Assembly (NCBI RefSeq): GCF_021028975.2
Contig: NC_059430.1
Coordinates: forward strand, 74,524,001-74,588,000
Source of the DNA: Sphaerodactylus townsendi
Lineage: Eukaryota
DNA: 64,000 bases
Direction: 5' to 3'
The notes beneath the pieces are model-generated. The model was not told the origin of the DNA, made no database searches, and worked only from the letters and a program-made list of their open reading frames with translations. The translations under genes were made by a program, and so were the position numbers. This document shows positions 13,540 to 25,896 of the stretch, in pieces. Every line of letters starts with the position of its first letter. The first letter of the stretch is position 1.

Positions 13540-14057
13540 GGCCCTTTCCGCACGGGCGTTGTATGGCGCCCTGGGGACGGCAAAAACGCCATCCCCAGGG
13601 AGCCATTCGCACAGGGGGCGCAGCTGCTGTGCAGCCGCGCCGCCCTCGCACCGCCCGACCGGCGCCAAGCCGGCGTTTCCAGAGCCAGCTTGGAAGCGCA
13701 CTTTCCTGGAAACACTGGCTGGGAGCCGCTGCTGTGCGAACAGCAGCGGCTTCCAGGCGCTTCCCCCCCCCCCAACTCCCTCCCGTCACTTACCTGGTTT
13801 CCGGCCCTCCGGCGCGTTGCCGGGGCCTGGGGACATGCCCCCTGCTCTGCGACACTGAAGCAGGCGCGCAGGGCAGGGGAGGTGTGTCCCCAGGCCCCGG
13901 CGATGCGCCGGAGGGCCGGAGACCAGGTAAGTCTACCGGGCAACGGTGCTGCTCTTCCCGGTTCTTTCTGGGACCCTCCATGCGGACGGTCCCAGCGGCG
14001 TCAGGTCGGCATCGAGTACACCGACCCGGCCGCTTCCGCCTCCGTGCGGAAGCGGCC
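13540..14057. mobile_element. PIF/Harbinger-type MITE, subfamily A
   Basis: TIRs ggccctttccgcacgg...ccgtgcggaagcggcc; TSD tca/tca; homologous to 1406-1898. Confidence 0.85.
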
Positions 14058-14654
14058 TCAGATTGGCTTCTCAGTCTGAACTGCTTGTAGAATTCTTATC
14101 CTTACTTGTACTAAACCAATCACCTGCCTTCACCTGGACAAAAACACTGTTGCTTTTTATTTTACTCTTACAATAGCCAAGAGCTTTTATGCATGCAGGG
14201 ATTACCTTGCAAATGTGTGTTTCGTAGTGGATTTTTTTTCTATATGGTTTTCGTTTACAGAATGGGCATTGCTTCTGCTGCAAAGTTAATCCCACAGCCA
14301 AGCTTGTTGTTTGTCTAGAGTTTAGGGAAGACACTGCTATTTTTTTGCATGGGCCAAAAGGAAAGCTGGGACGAACAAGGAAATTCAAAGGAGGCAAATG
14401 CATGTTAATTCCCCTTGCTTTCCCTTTGCTTTTCCCTAAAACATCACACTTTAACTAATCTCAGAAACTACAGGGAGAGTCTGACCTGAGTGTGTGGTGA
14501 GTTCTGAAGAGGAAAAAACATGTGCATAACCAAGAATCCAACCCCAAAGGAACATACAGTGAACATGAAGGCGATCAAATATGTGTAATCAGCCCAAGAG
14601 TATGCCTTTCCTCTTGTTTTTCTTTTTGCTGTAAATCCCTTTTTTCCTCATGAA

Positions 14655-15065
14655 TTAGTGGTGGAGCATCTGATTTGCATGCAGAAGAAGAACTCAAGTT
14701 CAGTCTCTGGCATCTCCAGTTTTAGAAAGTATCAGCCAATATGTAATGTGAAAGAAATCCATCTGAGACCCAAGAAAGCTCATTCTAATCCAAGCAGACA
14801 GTTCTGACCTTGATAGACCAATAGTCTGGCTCGGCCTAAGGTAGTTTAAATAAGAGGACTACAGATTGGTAGGGCATCAGCTTTGCATGCCAAAAGTCTC
14901 AAGTTCAATCCTGGCTCTCCAGCCAAAAAAGATTGATAGTAGGTGATGTGACTGGAGGACTTTAGGCAATATCCTGGAGACCAACTGCTAGTCAGAGCAT
15001 ACAATGCTGATCAGGAAAATGGATGATCTGAGTCATCTGACTCACTATCAGGCAGCTTCATGTGT
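14655..15065 (+). mobile_element. Two tandem degenerate tRNA-derived SINEs
   Basis: Two similar units with heads gagcatctg(a/c)tttgcatgc..aag..caagttca.tc.ctggc and tails gacca...gtc...ctc....taaggcag; the head resembles tRNA-Ala. Confidence 0.6.
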
Positions 15066-15804
15066 GCTGACAGAGATACATCATAATAACTATTCCCACC
15101 AATGACAGCAATTTTGTATGCAGTGAAATTAGCTTTCTGTAATACACCTTTTGCAGTGTGGAGAAGAAAGGGACACATGAATGGCAATTCCATTTTTTCC
15201 CCAGGACTTGCTTTTCAAATTATAATGAAGAAATATTGGAAACTGATTCTAGTTTCTGTGTTTCTTTCCCTTCCTGGGTAGAAGATCAGCTGCTTCCCTG
15301 AGGGTTTTTTTTTTTGGGGGGGGGGGGTATCCTTCTTTCACAGAAGGTGCTCCCATCCCTCAAGGCACTGGGGCCTTGGTCATCCATGCTGGTGGTAATA
15401 GGAGTTTATCCCAAGTGTATTTAGCTATGCTATGGATTAATAATATGCTGGGGATTGGCTGGGTGTGGTGATTCCTTTCTCAGTGCAGGGTGTTGTACTA
15501 GGGAGATTTTGAAACCCAAGCTCCCCTTTCATTTTGTTCTTCATTAGCATGTAACATTCTTGCAGCTGACACCTAAGGGATGCAGCATGCAGTGAAAGCA
15601 AGGGCAAAATTCCCATTGATTGCAGAAGAGCTGGAATAAACTCCTGGGGAGTCACCAACATTTTTTAAAAAAATGATTGCATAATAGGTATACTCCATGG
15701 CTCATTAAAAATTTGGCCTAGGGCTCATTGACACAGCTGCTTTGTGCAGTAATGGGAGCATAAAACTGCGAGAGAGAAAAGGTGCTTTAGAGAAGTGAGG
15801 GTTT

Positions 15805-15825
15805 TGTGTGTGTGTGTGTGTGTGT
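15805..15825. repeat. (TG)n microsatellite
   Basis: Directly visible. Confidence 0.9.
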
Positions 15826-16042
15826 TTTGGGTATTGCTCCAAAGATACTGCTATTGCTAGTGTGATAGAGGTTGTTATATGTATACAGTTGTTCCAACTG
15901 TCCATTCTTGCTGTCCTTTGCACAGAGCAACAAGCAATGACCAAAGCAACACATAAAACAAAGCACTAAAAAGCAGCCCAGCTTTCACACATTATAAGAC
16001 AACATAGAATCAATCATATTGTATTGCTAGGACCCTTTAGAG

Positions 16043-16680
16043 CAGGGGTCCCCAAACTTTTTAAACGGGGCCAGTTCACTGTCCCTCAGACTGTTGGAGG
16101 GCCGGACTAAAAAAAAACTATGAACAAATTCCTATGCACAAATGATTGTAAAATGTTTGATTTCACCTTTCAGCCTTTCTGTCATGGTCTATTTTTAGAA
16201 CAGTGACCAAAGTATGTCAAGTACAGGGTGGGCTCCAAATATTGTTGGGGAGGCTGTGGAATACCTTCCCCTGTAAAAAAAAAAAAGCAGAACTTTCCCA
16301 ATGAAACATTCCATCTAACCCAGGATCAGGAATCTTCCTGGGTTCTTTCCTCCCTAGCAGCCAGCGAGCGATTCGCCAGCCTGGCTGATGCCAATGGGAG
16401 TGAGGCGGAACAGAAAGCCTGAGAGCAACACATGGAGTAGCTGAGAGGAAGGTGGAGTAGGCATTGCCACATGTAAGGTTTCCAACTCTGGGTCAGAAAA
16501 TTCATGGAGATTTGGGGATGCCATCATGTAATTGCAATCAGCAGCCGTTGGGGCCGGTTCCTCCTCTCCCTCGAGCCCCCACTGCACATGAATGGAGCCA
16601 TCGCTGCCATGCCTGGCGGGCCGGATAAATGCCTTCAGGGGGCCACATTTGGCCCCCGGGCCGTAGTTTGGGGACCCCTG
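16043..16680. mobile_element. Non-autonomous hAT-Charlie element (OposCharlie1/OC1-like termini)
   Basis: TIRs caggggtccccaaact...agtttggggacccctg; exact 8-bp TSD ctttagag; subterminal ggccagttcactgtccctcagactgttggagggccggact. Confidence 0.85.
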
Positions 16681-18229
16681 CTTTAGAGCCCTTCAGTACA
16701 AATCAAGGGACCCTTTAGGACCCTTCAGCTCCCAAAAGCCTTCTTAAAACTTCTTATGAAGGTCAAAAGAGTTCTGTGCTCAAATGGTCTTTGCTGAGTA
16801 GGATCTTCCACAGTCCACGGTGATATAGTGGCTGGTTTCTGGGAGACCCAGGTTCAAATCCCTACTCTATTATGGAACCTCAGTGGCTGCACTTGAGTCA
16901 ATTACAAACTCTCAGCCTTACATACCTTACAGAGTTGTTGAGAAGATAAAATAGAGGAACAAGGAATTATGATGTAAGCTTCTTTTGTCCCTATGGGGAA
17001 GAAGGTAAAGACACAAATACATACATATACCGTAGATACTCTTCTCTAAAGCCTGCTGCTTCCTGACACCTTTCCTCTGGAACAACATATTTCCCAAAAT
17101 CATCTTTGTTTAAAAGAATGTAAGGTGAATGCTCCTAGACCAAGTCAAGCGTCCATCTAGTTCAACTTTTCATCTACCAGAGTGACTTGCCAGAGGAAAA
17201 AGACCACAATCAGAAACTAATAGCCTTCTCATTGTTTCTTCTGCAGCAGTGGAGTATTCAGATACTTTCTCTCAGAGCATCAATGTCCCATTTAGCCATT
17301 ATTACTAAGAGCTATTGATTTATTTGAAGATAATCCTCCGTTCCGTGAATATACCTAGGCATTCCAACTTACTACAACAAAGCCCATACCTTAATGACAC
17401 ATTCAGAAATACTTTCTTCTGCCAGTTCAGAATCTGGTGCCAGTCAATTTCATTGCATGATGCCTGATGGAAGAGGGAGAAAAACTCTCTGTCTACTTTC
17501 TTCCTAACTATTCATAATTTTATAAAACTGCATGATCTGCAATGATGATTCCTTGCTGTTTTTAAGATTCTTCATGAACAATTATGATTTACTATTTTAC
17601 ATTCAAATTATTTTTCTCCTGGCAATTAATACTCTAATACAAAGAATCTTAGGTACAAAGAGGAACAGGTTTAACTAAAAAAATCATTTGAATACAATTT
17701 CTTTATTATAATCATTTATACCCCAGCTTTCTTCCTAATGACAACCCAAAGTTGCTTACAACATAATTCTTCCCTTCCCCATTTTATCAACAATAGCCAT
17801 GTGGGCTGAGATATATTTATGTATTCAGATTTATTCCCCGCCTTTTACAACAGTCGTAGTGCAGGTTGCAATAAAAACCATAATAAGTAAGTTAATCTTA
17901 ATTTTAAAGCAACCAGAGGCTTTTGTGTGGTAATGGGAGGAGGGAAGAAAAGTGGCCTACATTCCCCCACCCCAGTTGCATTTGGAAAAAAAAGCCTTCG
18001 GTTGCTTTAAAATTAACTTACATTCAGGAGAGCAGTGCTGAGGGCAAGAGGAGACAGGGATGGGGATAATGCCAGGGAGAGTGCTATTTCCCTGGCCTAT
18101 CCTCACCCCCAGTCTCCACCCAACCACAGTGCCACTTGCCTGAAAGTAAGTTAATTTTAATGTTAAAGCAACCAGAGGCTTTCTATTTGTAGTGGGGGAG
18201 GACATTTACAACCTTCCCTCACCAACACC

Positions 18230-18540
18230 CCAACTCTCTCTCTTCCCCTTCCTCTCTCTTCCCCCTTTCTTTTCCTTCCCTTTCTTTTCTCCCAGCTTTC
18301 CCTTTCTCTCCCTTTCCACTTTCCTCTCTCTTCCCCTTTCTCTTCCATTCCCCTGTTTCTCTCCCATTTCCCCATTTCTCTCTCTTCCCCATTTCTCTTT
18401 CCCCCTTTCTCTCCCTTTCCCCTCTTCCTCTCTCTTCCCTTTTCTCTCCCTTTCTCCATTTTCTCTTACTTTCTTATCTTTCACTCTCTTTTTCCTTGCT
18501 TTCTCTTTCCCCCCTTTCTTTCTCTTCCCCCTTTCTCTCT
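18230..18540. repeat. Polypyrimidine low-complexity tract (CT-rich)
   Basis: About 310 nt almost entirely C/T. Confidence 0.9.
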
Positions 18541-19084
18541 GAATGGAGGATAAACTTCTGGATAGTGAAGGTGATTTCCTCACTGGCAATTAATCCTGGG
18601 ATAGTCACCCAGAATATCCAGGTTCCTTGAGATCTCCTCACAGCCGAACCATGGAACACAGATCAGTCCCATTTCTGGCACTTCCCCTCCCCCCCCACCC
18701 CATCACGGGTTTCTCCTGGACCCGCTTGTATATGCACCTTTTTGAATAAATACTGCAATGGGAGCTAATAGGAGATGGGGGCTACACATTTGAGGGTCCA
18801 TAACTTTGGCCCCCATGAACCAAACTTCACCAAACCTGGGTGATATCATCTGGAGGATCTCCTAAAGGTACTCTGAAATTTTGGTGCTGCTATCTTAAGA
18901 ATTGCACCCCTGATAGCAGGCACTCCCCCCTCCAGGGGCATGCCTAGACGTCTTCACTAGAAACATGCTGCAGTGAGGATGATGGAACCTGGATGAAAAG
19001 GTGCCAATTCTTTTGAAACTTGGTTGTATATAGATTAAATTTTCAGTGGGAATTCAGCGAATGTTTGAAATCAAGATCTTCCAG

Positions 19085-19190
19085 TATATGTGGACAGTAA
19101 GTTAAATATGAGCAGTCAGTGGGATGTAGTGACAAAAAAGGCTAATGCAAGTTTGGGGTGCATCAATAGGGGTATAGCATCCAAATCACA
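19085..19190 (+). mobile_element. CR1 ORF2 fragment
   Basis: Translates to KLNMSSQWDVVTKKANASLGCINRGIASKS, a CR1 C-terminal signature. Confidence 0.7.
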
Positions 19191-19699
19191 AGTGGCTGAG
19201 GCAAAGGCATACTGCGTGAAAATGGTGCCCAAGGCATGACTGGCTCCCTGTGTCATCCCCCCGCCCGGCTCCCTGCACCCCACTCCTCACTTACGGCAGC
19301 CAGCATGGAGGCGAGGTGGGCGGGGTGGGTGGGGTGGGCAGCTCAGGTTGGCGGCTCAGGTTGCCATTGCAGTCAGCTCAGCTGGCAAGCAGTGCCCTGG
19401 CACAGAGGGAGTCACCGGGTGCTGGCTGGGTTGCCACACTGAAAGAGAGGCTGAGTGCAAGGACACAACTGGCATCCAGTGCCCCCCCCCCCACATAACC
19501 AAATGGCGTGCACCCGGGAACATGGGATACCACTGAGGGGGGCACAGTTTGAGAGCGTGCCCCAGGCACCAAAAGTAGGTAGATATGCCTCTGAAGCATG
19601 ATGTGGTAGAATCTGTCTCTTGCTGAATAGTTTTCAGGCAGGCTGGATCACATATGACTTTGCAGAATTCTTTTCAGACTGTGCAAAAGAGGCTGTTGT

Positions 19700-19972
19700 G
19701 CTTTTTTCAGGCTGTGTGACTGTGGTCTGGTAGTTTTTGCTCCCAGTGTTTCACCCACATCTATGGATGGCATCTTCAGATGTCACTGTAAGATTCATTT
19801 CTCTCTGCAACAGTGTGGAGTGATTGTGAGGTGGGGTATATGTTTTGTCACTTCTGAAGATTCCAGTCATAGATGTGGGTGAAACACTGGGAGCAAAAAC
19901 TAGCAGACCACAGGCACTCAGCCAGCCTGAAAAACTGACAACAATCAGTTGATTCCAGCTGTGAGAATACAT
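19700..19972. mobile_element. Degenerate Penelope-like inverted-repeat insertion
   Basis: Inverted arms (gtgtttcacccacatctatggatggcatcttcag / ctgaagattccagtcatagatgtgggtgaaacac) homologous to 43678-43959. Confidence 0.7.
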
Positions 19973-20004
19973 TGTGCAAAGGGGTTTTGATGCTTTAGAT
20001 ATGT

Positions 20005-20113
20005 AAGAAGAAGAAGAGTTTGGATTTATATCCCCCCTTTCTCTCCTGTAGGAGATTCAAAGGGGCTTACAATCTCCTTGCCCTTCCCCCCTCACAACAA
20101 ACACCCTGTGAGG
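20005..20113 (-). mobile_element. Squam3-like SINE 3' fragment
   Basis: Near-identical to the 3' part of 4397-4693, including the (TTC)n tail. Confidence 0.8.
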
Positions 20114-20962
20114 CTCAGATAAGATGAAAAGTAGGTTACAGCTGCTCTGGGATTGCAGACATCCATCTTCATTTTCTTCCAATTAATTTTCAGAGTTGCT
20201 AGATGCCAGATCCTGGCTTGTAAATTCTTGCTTTGTCTCCTGTTAATTCATTGTTCTTTTTGCTTCCATTGAGTGTTCCATACTGAGCAAGACTGTACTT
20301 TAATTTTAAGCATTTCTGTGCCTATGATTTCACCATTTTCAAGGCATTTAGCTTCAAGCTATCTCCATTATACAACATCTTTCTTCATTTTTAGGGTTGG
20401 AAGGAATCTTCTGTCTCTTCAGAGCTCCAAACTAAAATTAATCATAACCACTCAACTGATAGTAATCTACACACTTAGCATCTATAATCACACTCCAGTT
20501 TTAAATAATTATGAAATAATGATACTGGCCTTTTTAGCTCATTCAGTGCAATAAGTGACTAACCCTCAAAGGTATTGTCCTGTTTGACAAAAGGTCTTCC
20601 TCCAAATTAACATTTTTAATGGGGTTTAAAGGGGATTTAAGGACTACAAAACCAACATTTTCTCAAACTTTTTTTACAACATTTTTCTTAAACTTTTGGA
20701 GGATTTTCGAAATGCTGAAAATTGTTTTTGTGTAATCCAAAGAATGGTTAATCAAACTGTGCTTGTGAAGCAGATTTTTTTGTTTTATTTTTATGATTTC
20801 ATTTTTATTGCACCTCCTCCTCTAAGTAACTCCCACCTGCATTTTATGTTCACAACCATCCTGTAAGTTAGGGTAGGCTGAAAGAGGGAGAGAGTGGTTG
20901 ACCCGGGATCTCCTGATGGACTTTAATAGCAGAATGAGTATTTAAGTCTGCATCTCCTAGAT

Positions 20963-21096
20963 CAGGGGTCTGCAACCTGTGGCTCTCCAGATGTTCATGG
21001 ACTACAATTCCCATCAGCCCCTGCCAGCATGGCCAATTGGGCTGATGGGAATTATAGTCCATGTGTGTCTGGAGAGCCACAGGTTGCAGATCCCTG
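20963..21096. mobile_element. Palindromic hAT MITE (URR1-like)
   Basis: TIRs caggggtctgcaacctgtggctctccaga...tctggagagccacaggttgcagatccctg; exact TSD tcctagat; nested in a degenerate CORE-SINE. Confidence 0.9.
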
Positions 21097-21719
21097 TCCT
21101 AGATCCTAGTTGAATAGTTGAAGCATTACATCACACTGTCACCTTTCCCTGGGCTACCTCAATCCCTGAAAACTGTGTGGGATGCAGTGAAAAAGAGACA
21201 GCTGCAAAGATTGTGCCCCTTTGTCCTAAAGTTCCCTTCAGCTCACAAAACAGAAGTCTGGATCTAACCTGCTGGTCTTTTATCTTACGCAATGCCATGT
21301 GGAAACAGAAGAAAATCATGTTTGGAAAGCAGAATGTTTAGCAATTCAAAAGCTTCAAATCACATTTATCTTCCAGTCTTTTAAGAAGCATAACACATAA
21401 TGCACATTTCCTGCTAAACAATTTTCAATGGGATCCCACATTCTTTACAATCTTTACAATCTTTCTTTANNNNNNNNNNNNNNNNNNNNNNNNNNNNNNN
21501 NNNNNNNNNNNNNNNNNNNNNNNNNNNNNNNNNNNNNNNNNNNNNNNNNNNNNNNNNNNNNNNNNNNNNNNNNNNNNNNNNNNNNNNNNNNNNNNNNNNN
21601 NNNNNNNNCCCCCTTCTCTATTTAATCATCACAACACCTCTTGAGGGTAGGTTAGGCTAAAAGACTGTGATTGGTCCAAGGTGTGATAGATGGCTTTCTA
21701 GCAAATCCCAGCCTACAGA

Positions 21720-22302
21720 GGCCGTTTCCGCACGAATGCGGAAGTGGCCAGGTCGGCGTACTCTACGCCGACCCGACGACACTAGGACCGTCCGCATGGA
21801 CGGTCCTAGAAAGAGCCGGGCAGCCAGCGCTGCGGAGCGCCAGCGCCCGGCCGACCCGGCGTGTCCCTGGGCCTCCGGCGCGTCGCCGAGGCCTGGGGAC
21901 ACNNNNNNNNNNNNNNNNNNNNNNNNNNNNNNNNNNNNNNNNNNNNNNNNNNNNNNNNNNNNNNNNNNNNNNNNNNNNNNNNNNNNNNNNNNNNNNNNNN
22001 NNNNNNNNNNNNNNNNNNNNNNNNNNNNNNNNNNNNNNNNNNNNNNNNNNNNNNNNNNNNNNNNNNNNNNNNNNNNNNNNNNNNNNNNNNGCACCCCCCC
22101 CCCCCCCCCCTCCCCCCCCCCCGACCCCCCCCCNNNNNNNNNNNNNNNNNNNNNNNNNNNNNNNNNNNNNNNNNNNNNNNNNNNNNNNNNNNNNNNNNNN
22201 NNNNNNNNNNNNNNNNNNNNNNNNNNNNNNNNNNNNNNNNNNNNNNNNNNNNNNNNNNNNNNNNNNNNNNNNNNNNNNNCAGCCCCCACAACCCCCCCCC
22301 CC

Positions 22303-22333
<31 letters not shown>

Positions 22334-22643
22334 AGCGGTGCAGGGCAGGGGGCGTGTCCCCAGGCCTCGGCGACGCGCCGGAGGCCCGGGGACAAGGTAA
22401 GTACAGGGAGGGAGGGGGGAAGCGCTGGGAAGCCGCTGCCGTTCGCACGGCAGCGGCTTCCAGCCAGCGTTTCCTCAACAAGTGCGCTTCCAAGCGCACT
22501 GGGAAAACTCCAGCGTTGGGACGGGCGGCCGGCACAAGGGCGGCGCGGCTGCGATGCAGCTGTGCCCCCTGTGCGAAAGGTGGCCTGGGGACGGCGTTTT
22601 TGCCATCCCCAAGCCGCCGTTTATGGCCCGTGCGGAAAGGGCC
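21720..22643. mobile_element. PIF/Harbinger-type MITE, subfamily A, reverse orientation, gapped
   Basis: TIRs ggccgtttccgcacg...cgtgcggaaagggcc; TSD aga/aga; interior unresolved (N runs). Confidence 0.8.
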
Positions 22644-22646
22644 AGA

Positions 22647-22720
22647 GGGTGTACAGTTCTGGGCACTGCAATTCAAGAAGGATATTGACAAGCTGGAACA
22701 GGTCCAAAAGAGGGCAATAA
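22647..22720 (+). mobile_element. CR1 ORF2 fragment
   Basis: Translates to VQFWALQFKKDIDKLEQVQKRA. Confidence 0.75.
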
Positions 22721-23483
22721 AAGAATACATCTGAGAAAAGAATACATCTGAGAAAAGAGAACAACCTTATGACAATAGATTAGGCTAAGAGGTTGTGATT
22801 GACCCAAGGTCACCTGGTGAGCTTTCTTGGTTGTGCAGGGGTTTTAAATCTGGTCATTCCAGATCTAGTTCTATACCCTAACCACTATGCCAAACAAGCC
22901 CATCTTGAGATGTGTAACTCTACTGTGACCCATTTATGATCTGTCGCCTGCCCAGATCAGTAAGAAGACAGGTAAGAGTGGGCTGGAGGCAACCTGAATG
23001 GGGCTCTGCTTCCATTGCAACCTGTGTGCACATATGATTCCCTGCCAAAGTATATAATGAATATAATGTTAAATCAATATGTTAGGATGAATACCAGGCT
23101 GGTTCATTATAAATAACAGTATCTTCAAGTTTTATTGTAAATAAACATTCACATTGCAATGAAGATTCACATTAATGACTGTGTGTTGAATTAGGGTTTC
23201 ATACTTAGCAGAACTAGGCAACTGGTCACACAAAGCAAATGTGTCTGAAAAATATCTTGGTCCTGCCTAGATAGATGTTACCAGTGTTTTACAAAAGTCG
23301 CTCAAAGGATCAAAAGGGTTGGTGCTGTATAATGAGCCAATTTTAAAAGGTGCACTGAAGCTTGCATAACTAAGCAAGGCATAAAGGGTCGGACAGATGC
23401 CTGTAAACAATGGAGAACGAAAGAATGCCCAACTGTGACAAATCATTCAAACCTTCTCCTTCCAATACTCTGATTTTACAGCT

Positions 23484-23826
23484 GGAGGAGGAGGAGGAGT
23501 CTGGATTTATATCCCCCCTTTCTCTCCTGTAGGAGACTGTATAAATCCAAACTACTACTCCTCCTCCTCCTCCTCTTCCTCCCGCCCTCACAACAAACAC
23601 CCTATGAGGTAGGTGGGGCTGAGAGAGCTGTGACTAGCCCAAGGTCACCCAGCTCTGAAGAACTGTGACTAGCCCAAGGTCACCCAGCTGGTGTGTGTTG
23701 GAATGTACAGGCTAATCTGAATTCCCCAGATAAGCCTCCACAGCTCAAGCAGCAGAGCAGGGAATCAAACTCGGTTCCTCCAGATTAGAGTACACCTGTT
23801 CTTAACCACTATGCCACTGCTGCTCC
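23484..23826 (-). mobile_element. Squam3-like SINE, full length with internal rearrangements
   Basis: Homologous to 4397-4693; internal inverted tail copy and a tandem duplication. Confidence 0.85.
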
Positions 23827-25896
23827 TAAGGACACGTTACCAGCTTCAGTGGTGTTGCCTTGCTCCCCAAGATTGCATTCCTCTACCCAATTTATACATT
23901 TCTCAGAGTTTTTATTCATAAGCTTTTTTTGCACATTTGTAGTGGTATGGGAGCATAAATATGTAGTGATGATATGCAATGCAATCTTAAGTAAGCTTAC
24001 ACTCATTGAAGTAATCTCTATGAGATTGAAATAGGACGATGCCTGAAAATCCACAGTGTGTGTGTGTTCAAGGTTTGCCGGTATGTATGAATAGGTGCAT
24101 GGTATGCTGCAATGGTCATGTATTAAATATTGCTGTTTTGTTACATATTAGCTGTGCTTCATGTGCATTATTTTTTTCAGGCCATCTTGGCCAGATGTAC
24201 ATCTCCCTGAACATATATGGCTTAAATCATTAGTAAGGATTGTTGAGCTGGTGGACAAGTATTTCTAATGTGATATACTTTGCTTATGCAGAGCTTTTTC
24301 TTTGTTGTATCAAGACACAGCTGATCAGAGGTGATTTACACAGAGGTGATTTACACAAGACACAGCTGATCAGAGGTGATTTACCATTGCCTTCTTCTGC
24401 ATCATCAACCTGGCCAAATGGAGCAGTGGGAGAAACTATGGAAAAATGATTTGAAGTTCACACCTTTTACAGATTATCCATTGAAAAAATATGGTAGAAG
24501 ATAAACCATTGCAGAAAACTGGTCTCCATATAGTAACCCTCTAGGAATTTCACCAGCTCTACAGTAGACAGCCTAGAGCATTATGCAGAGGTTACATCAC
24601 ATCTTCCCCAAATTCTGCCTTTCTCCAGGTACTGTTCCCCAAATGGCAGTTATAGGAACCTCAACAGATGGATAGAAATACCTATCACTGACCATGTTAA
24701 CAGGGCAGGTAAGGAGATTGTTAGTGCCGACACATCCCTTTCCTGTACGAGTTAGCGGTCAGGGCTGCCAGAGGCAGAGCTCCGGGGTGTGTGTGTGCAC
24801 AACACACCAGGTGCACGCCCCTGTGGGTGTGTGGCAAGGGCGTTCTGGCGGCATTCCGGAGGTGTGGCAGGGGCATTCCAGGGATGTTCCGGGGTAGGAT
24901 GGGGCAGAGGACGCATCTGGTGCTTTCCCCCCTTGCTATGCCTCTGGGGCCTGCCTTTAATCTTGTTTATTGGGCTAGTCTTTAGCCTTTGCTGCATGCA
25001 CAGCTTACCACAGATTTTCTATACTCCACCAGTCATCTTGGGGGCATTAAAGAGAAATGGCACTGGGGCTACAAATCTGGTATATGTACATAGTAACAAT
25101 TACTCTGTTTCCAAATATCACAGGATGACTTCTGTGGCTACTGGAAAGAAAATCCTTCAATGAGAAGAGTTCTCTGCTATAGGATATCTATTTTTTCCAT
25201 TACCTATGAGCAATGTTGCTTCAAAAGAGTTGTTGGTATTACTTCTATCTCAGTTATCTGGGTAAGAAAATATACACAAAGTTTTTGAAATCCTCAAAAG
25301 AAAACAAGAAAAATCTGTCAGCAATCATCAGATATACATTCAAACTCTAATGGGAGTAGGAAAAAATTGACAGAGCGATTAATCTCTTCAGTGAAATACG
25401 GTACCTTTCTATGCCAGTGTCAATCACAGCCCAGAGTATAATGATAAAAGTGGCATTAAGTAGTGGGAAAAGCATGATAAAAAGCAGACAGCTTTAACTG
25501 GTGATGCTCAAAAATAAGTCCTTCAGGGTAAAAACAGAAGATAAAGCAATTTTCAAAAGAACAGTTTTTCATTCCTAAATGACTGGTTAAAGATGTAGCA
25601 TTGACAGGAAACAAAGATTGCTTTTTTGCCCAAAGATTTCTTTTGAATAAAAGTATTTTCATTTCAATAAGTAGGGTACATGATTTTTAAAATTGTATAG
25701 ATAGGAACCAGTTTCTTTATTCTTTAGGATTGCAGTTTAGCAAAGCACTGAAGCTTATTCAATGTATCCTGTCTAAAAAGACATCAGTAGCATTCAATCA
25801 TATTGCCAGTTAGACTTGAAGGTTTTGCAGCATTTGAAATGAAAGAGGCCCAGCTTACCCTTACAGCAAATCTGTAGGTTTTAAATCTGCAGAGAG

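Noticed and set aside
18163-18659. Lys/Glu/Arg-rich and Phe/Leu/Ser-rich ORFs
   Set aside because: Translations of a CT/GA low-complexity tract.
21657-22734. 350-aa ORFs and poly-C/poly-Pro runs
   Set aside because: They span N gaps, and the low-quality C runs lie in the MITE hairpin loop; assembly artefact.
24311-24384. Short direct repeats resembling a CRISPR-like array (also 8740-8780, 30365-30430 and 36989-37025)
   Set aside because: Two or three-copy local slippage duplications in a eukaryotic genome; no regular repeat-spacer structure.
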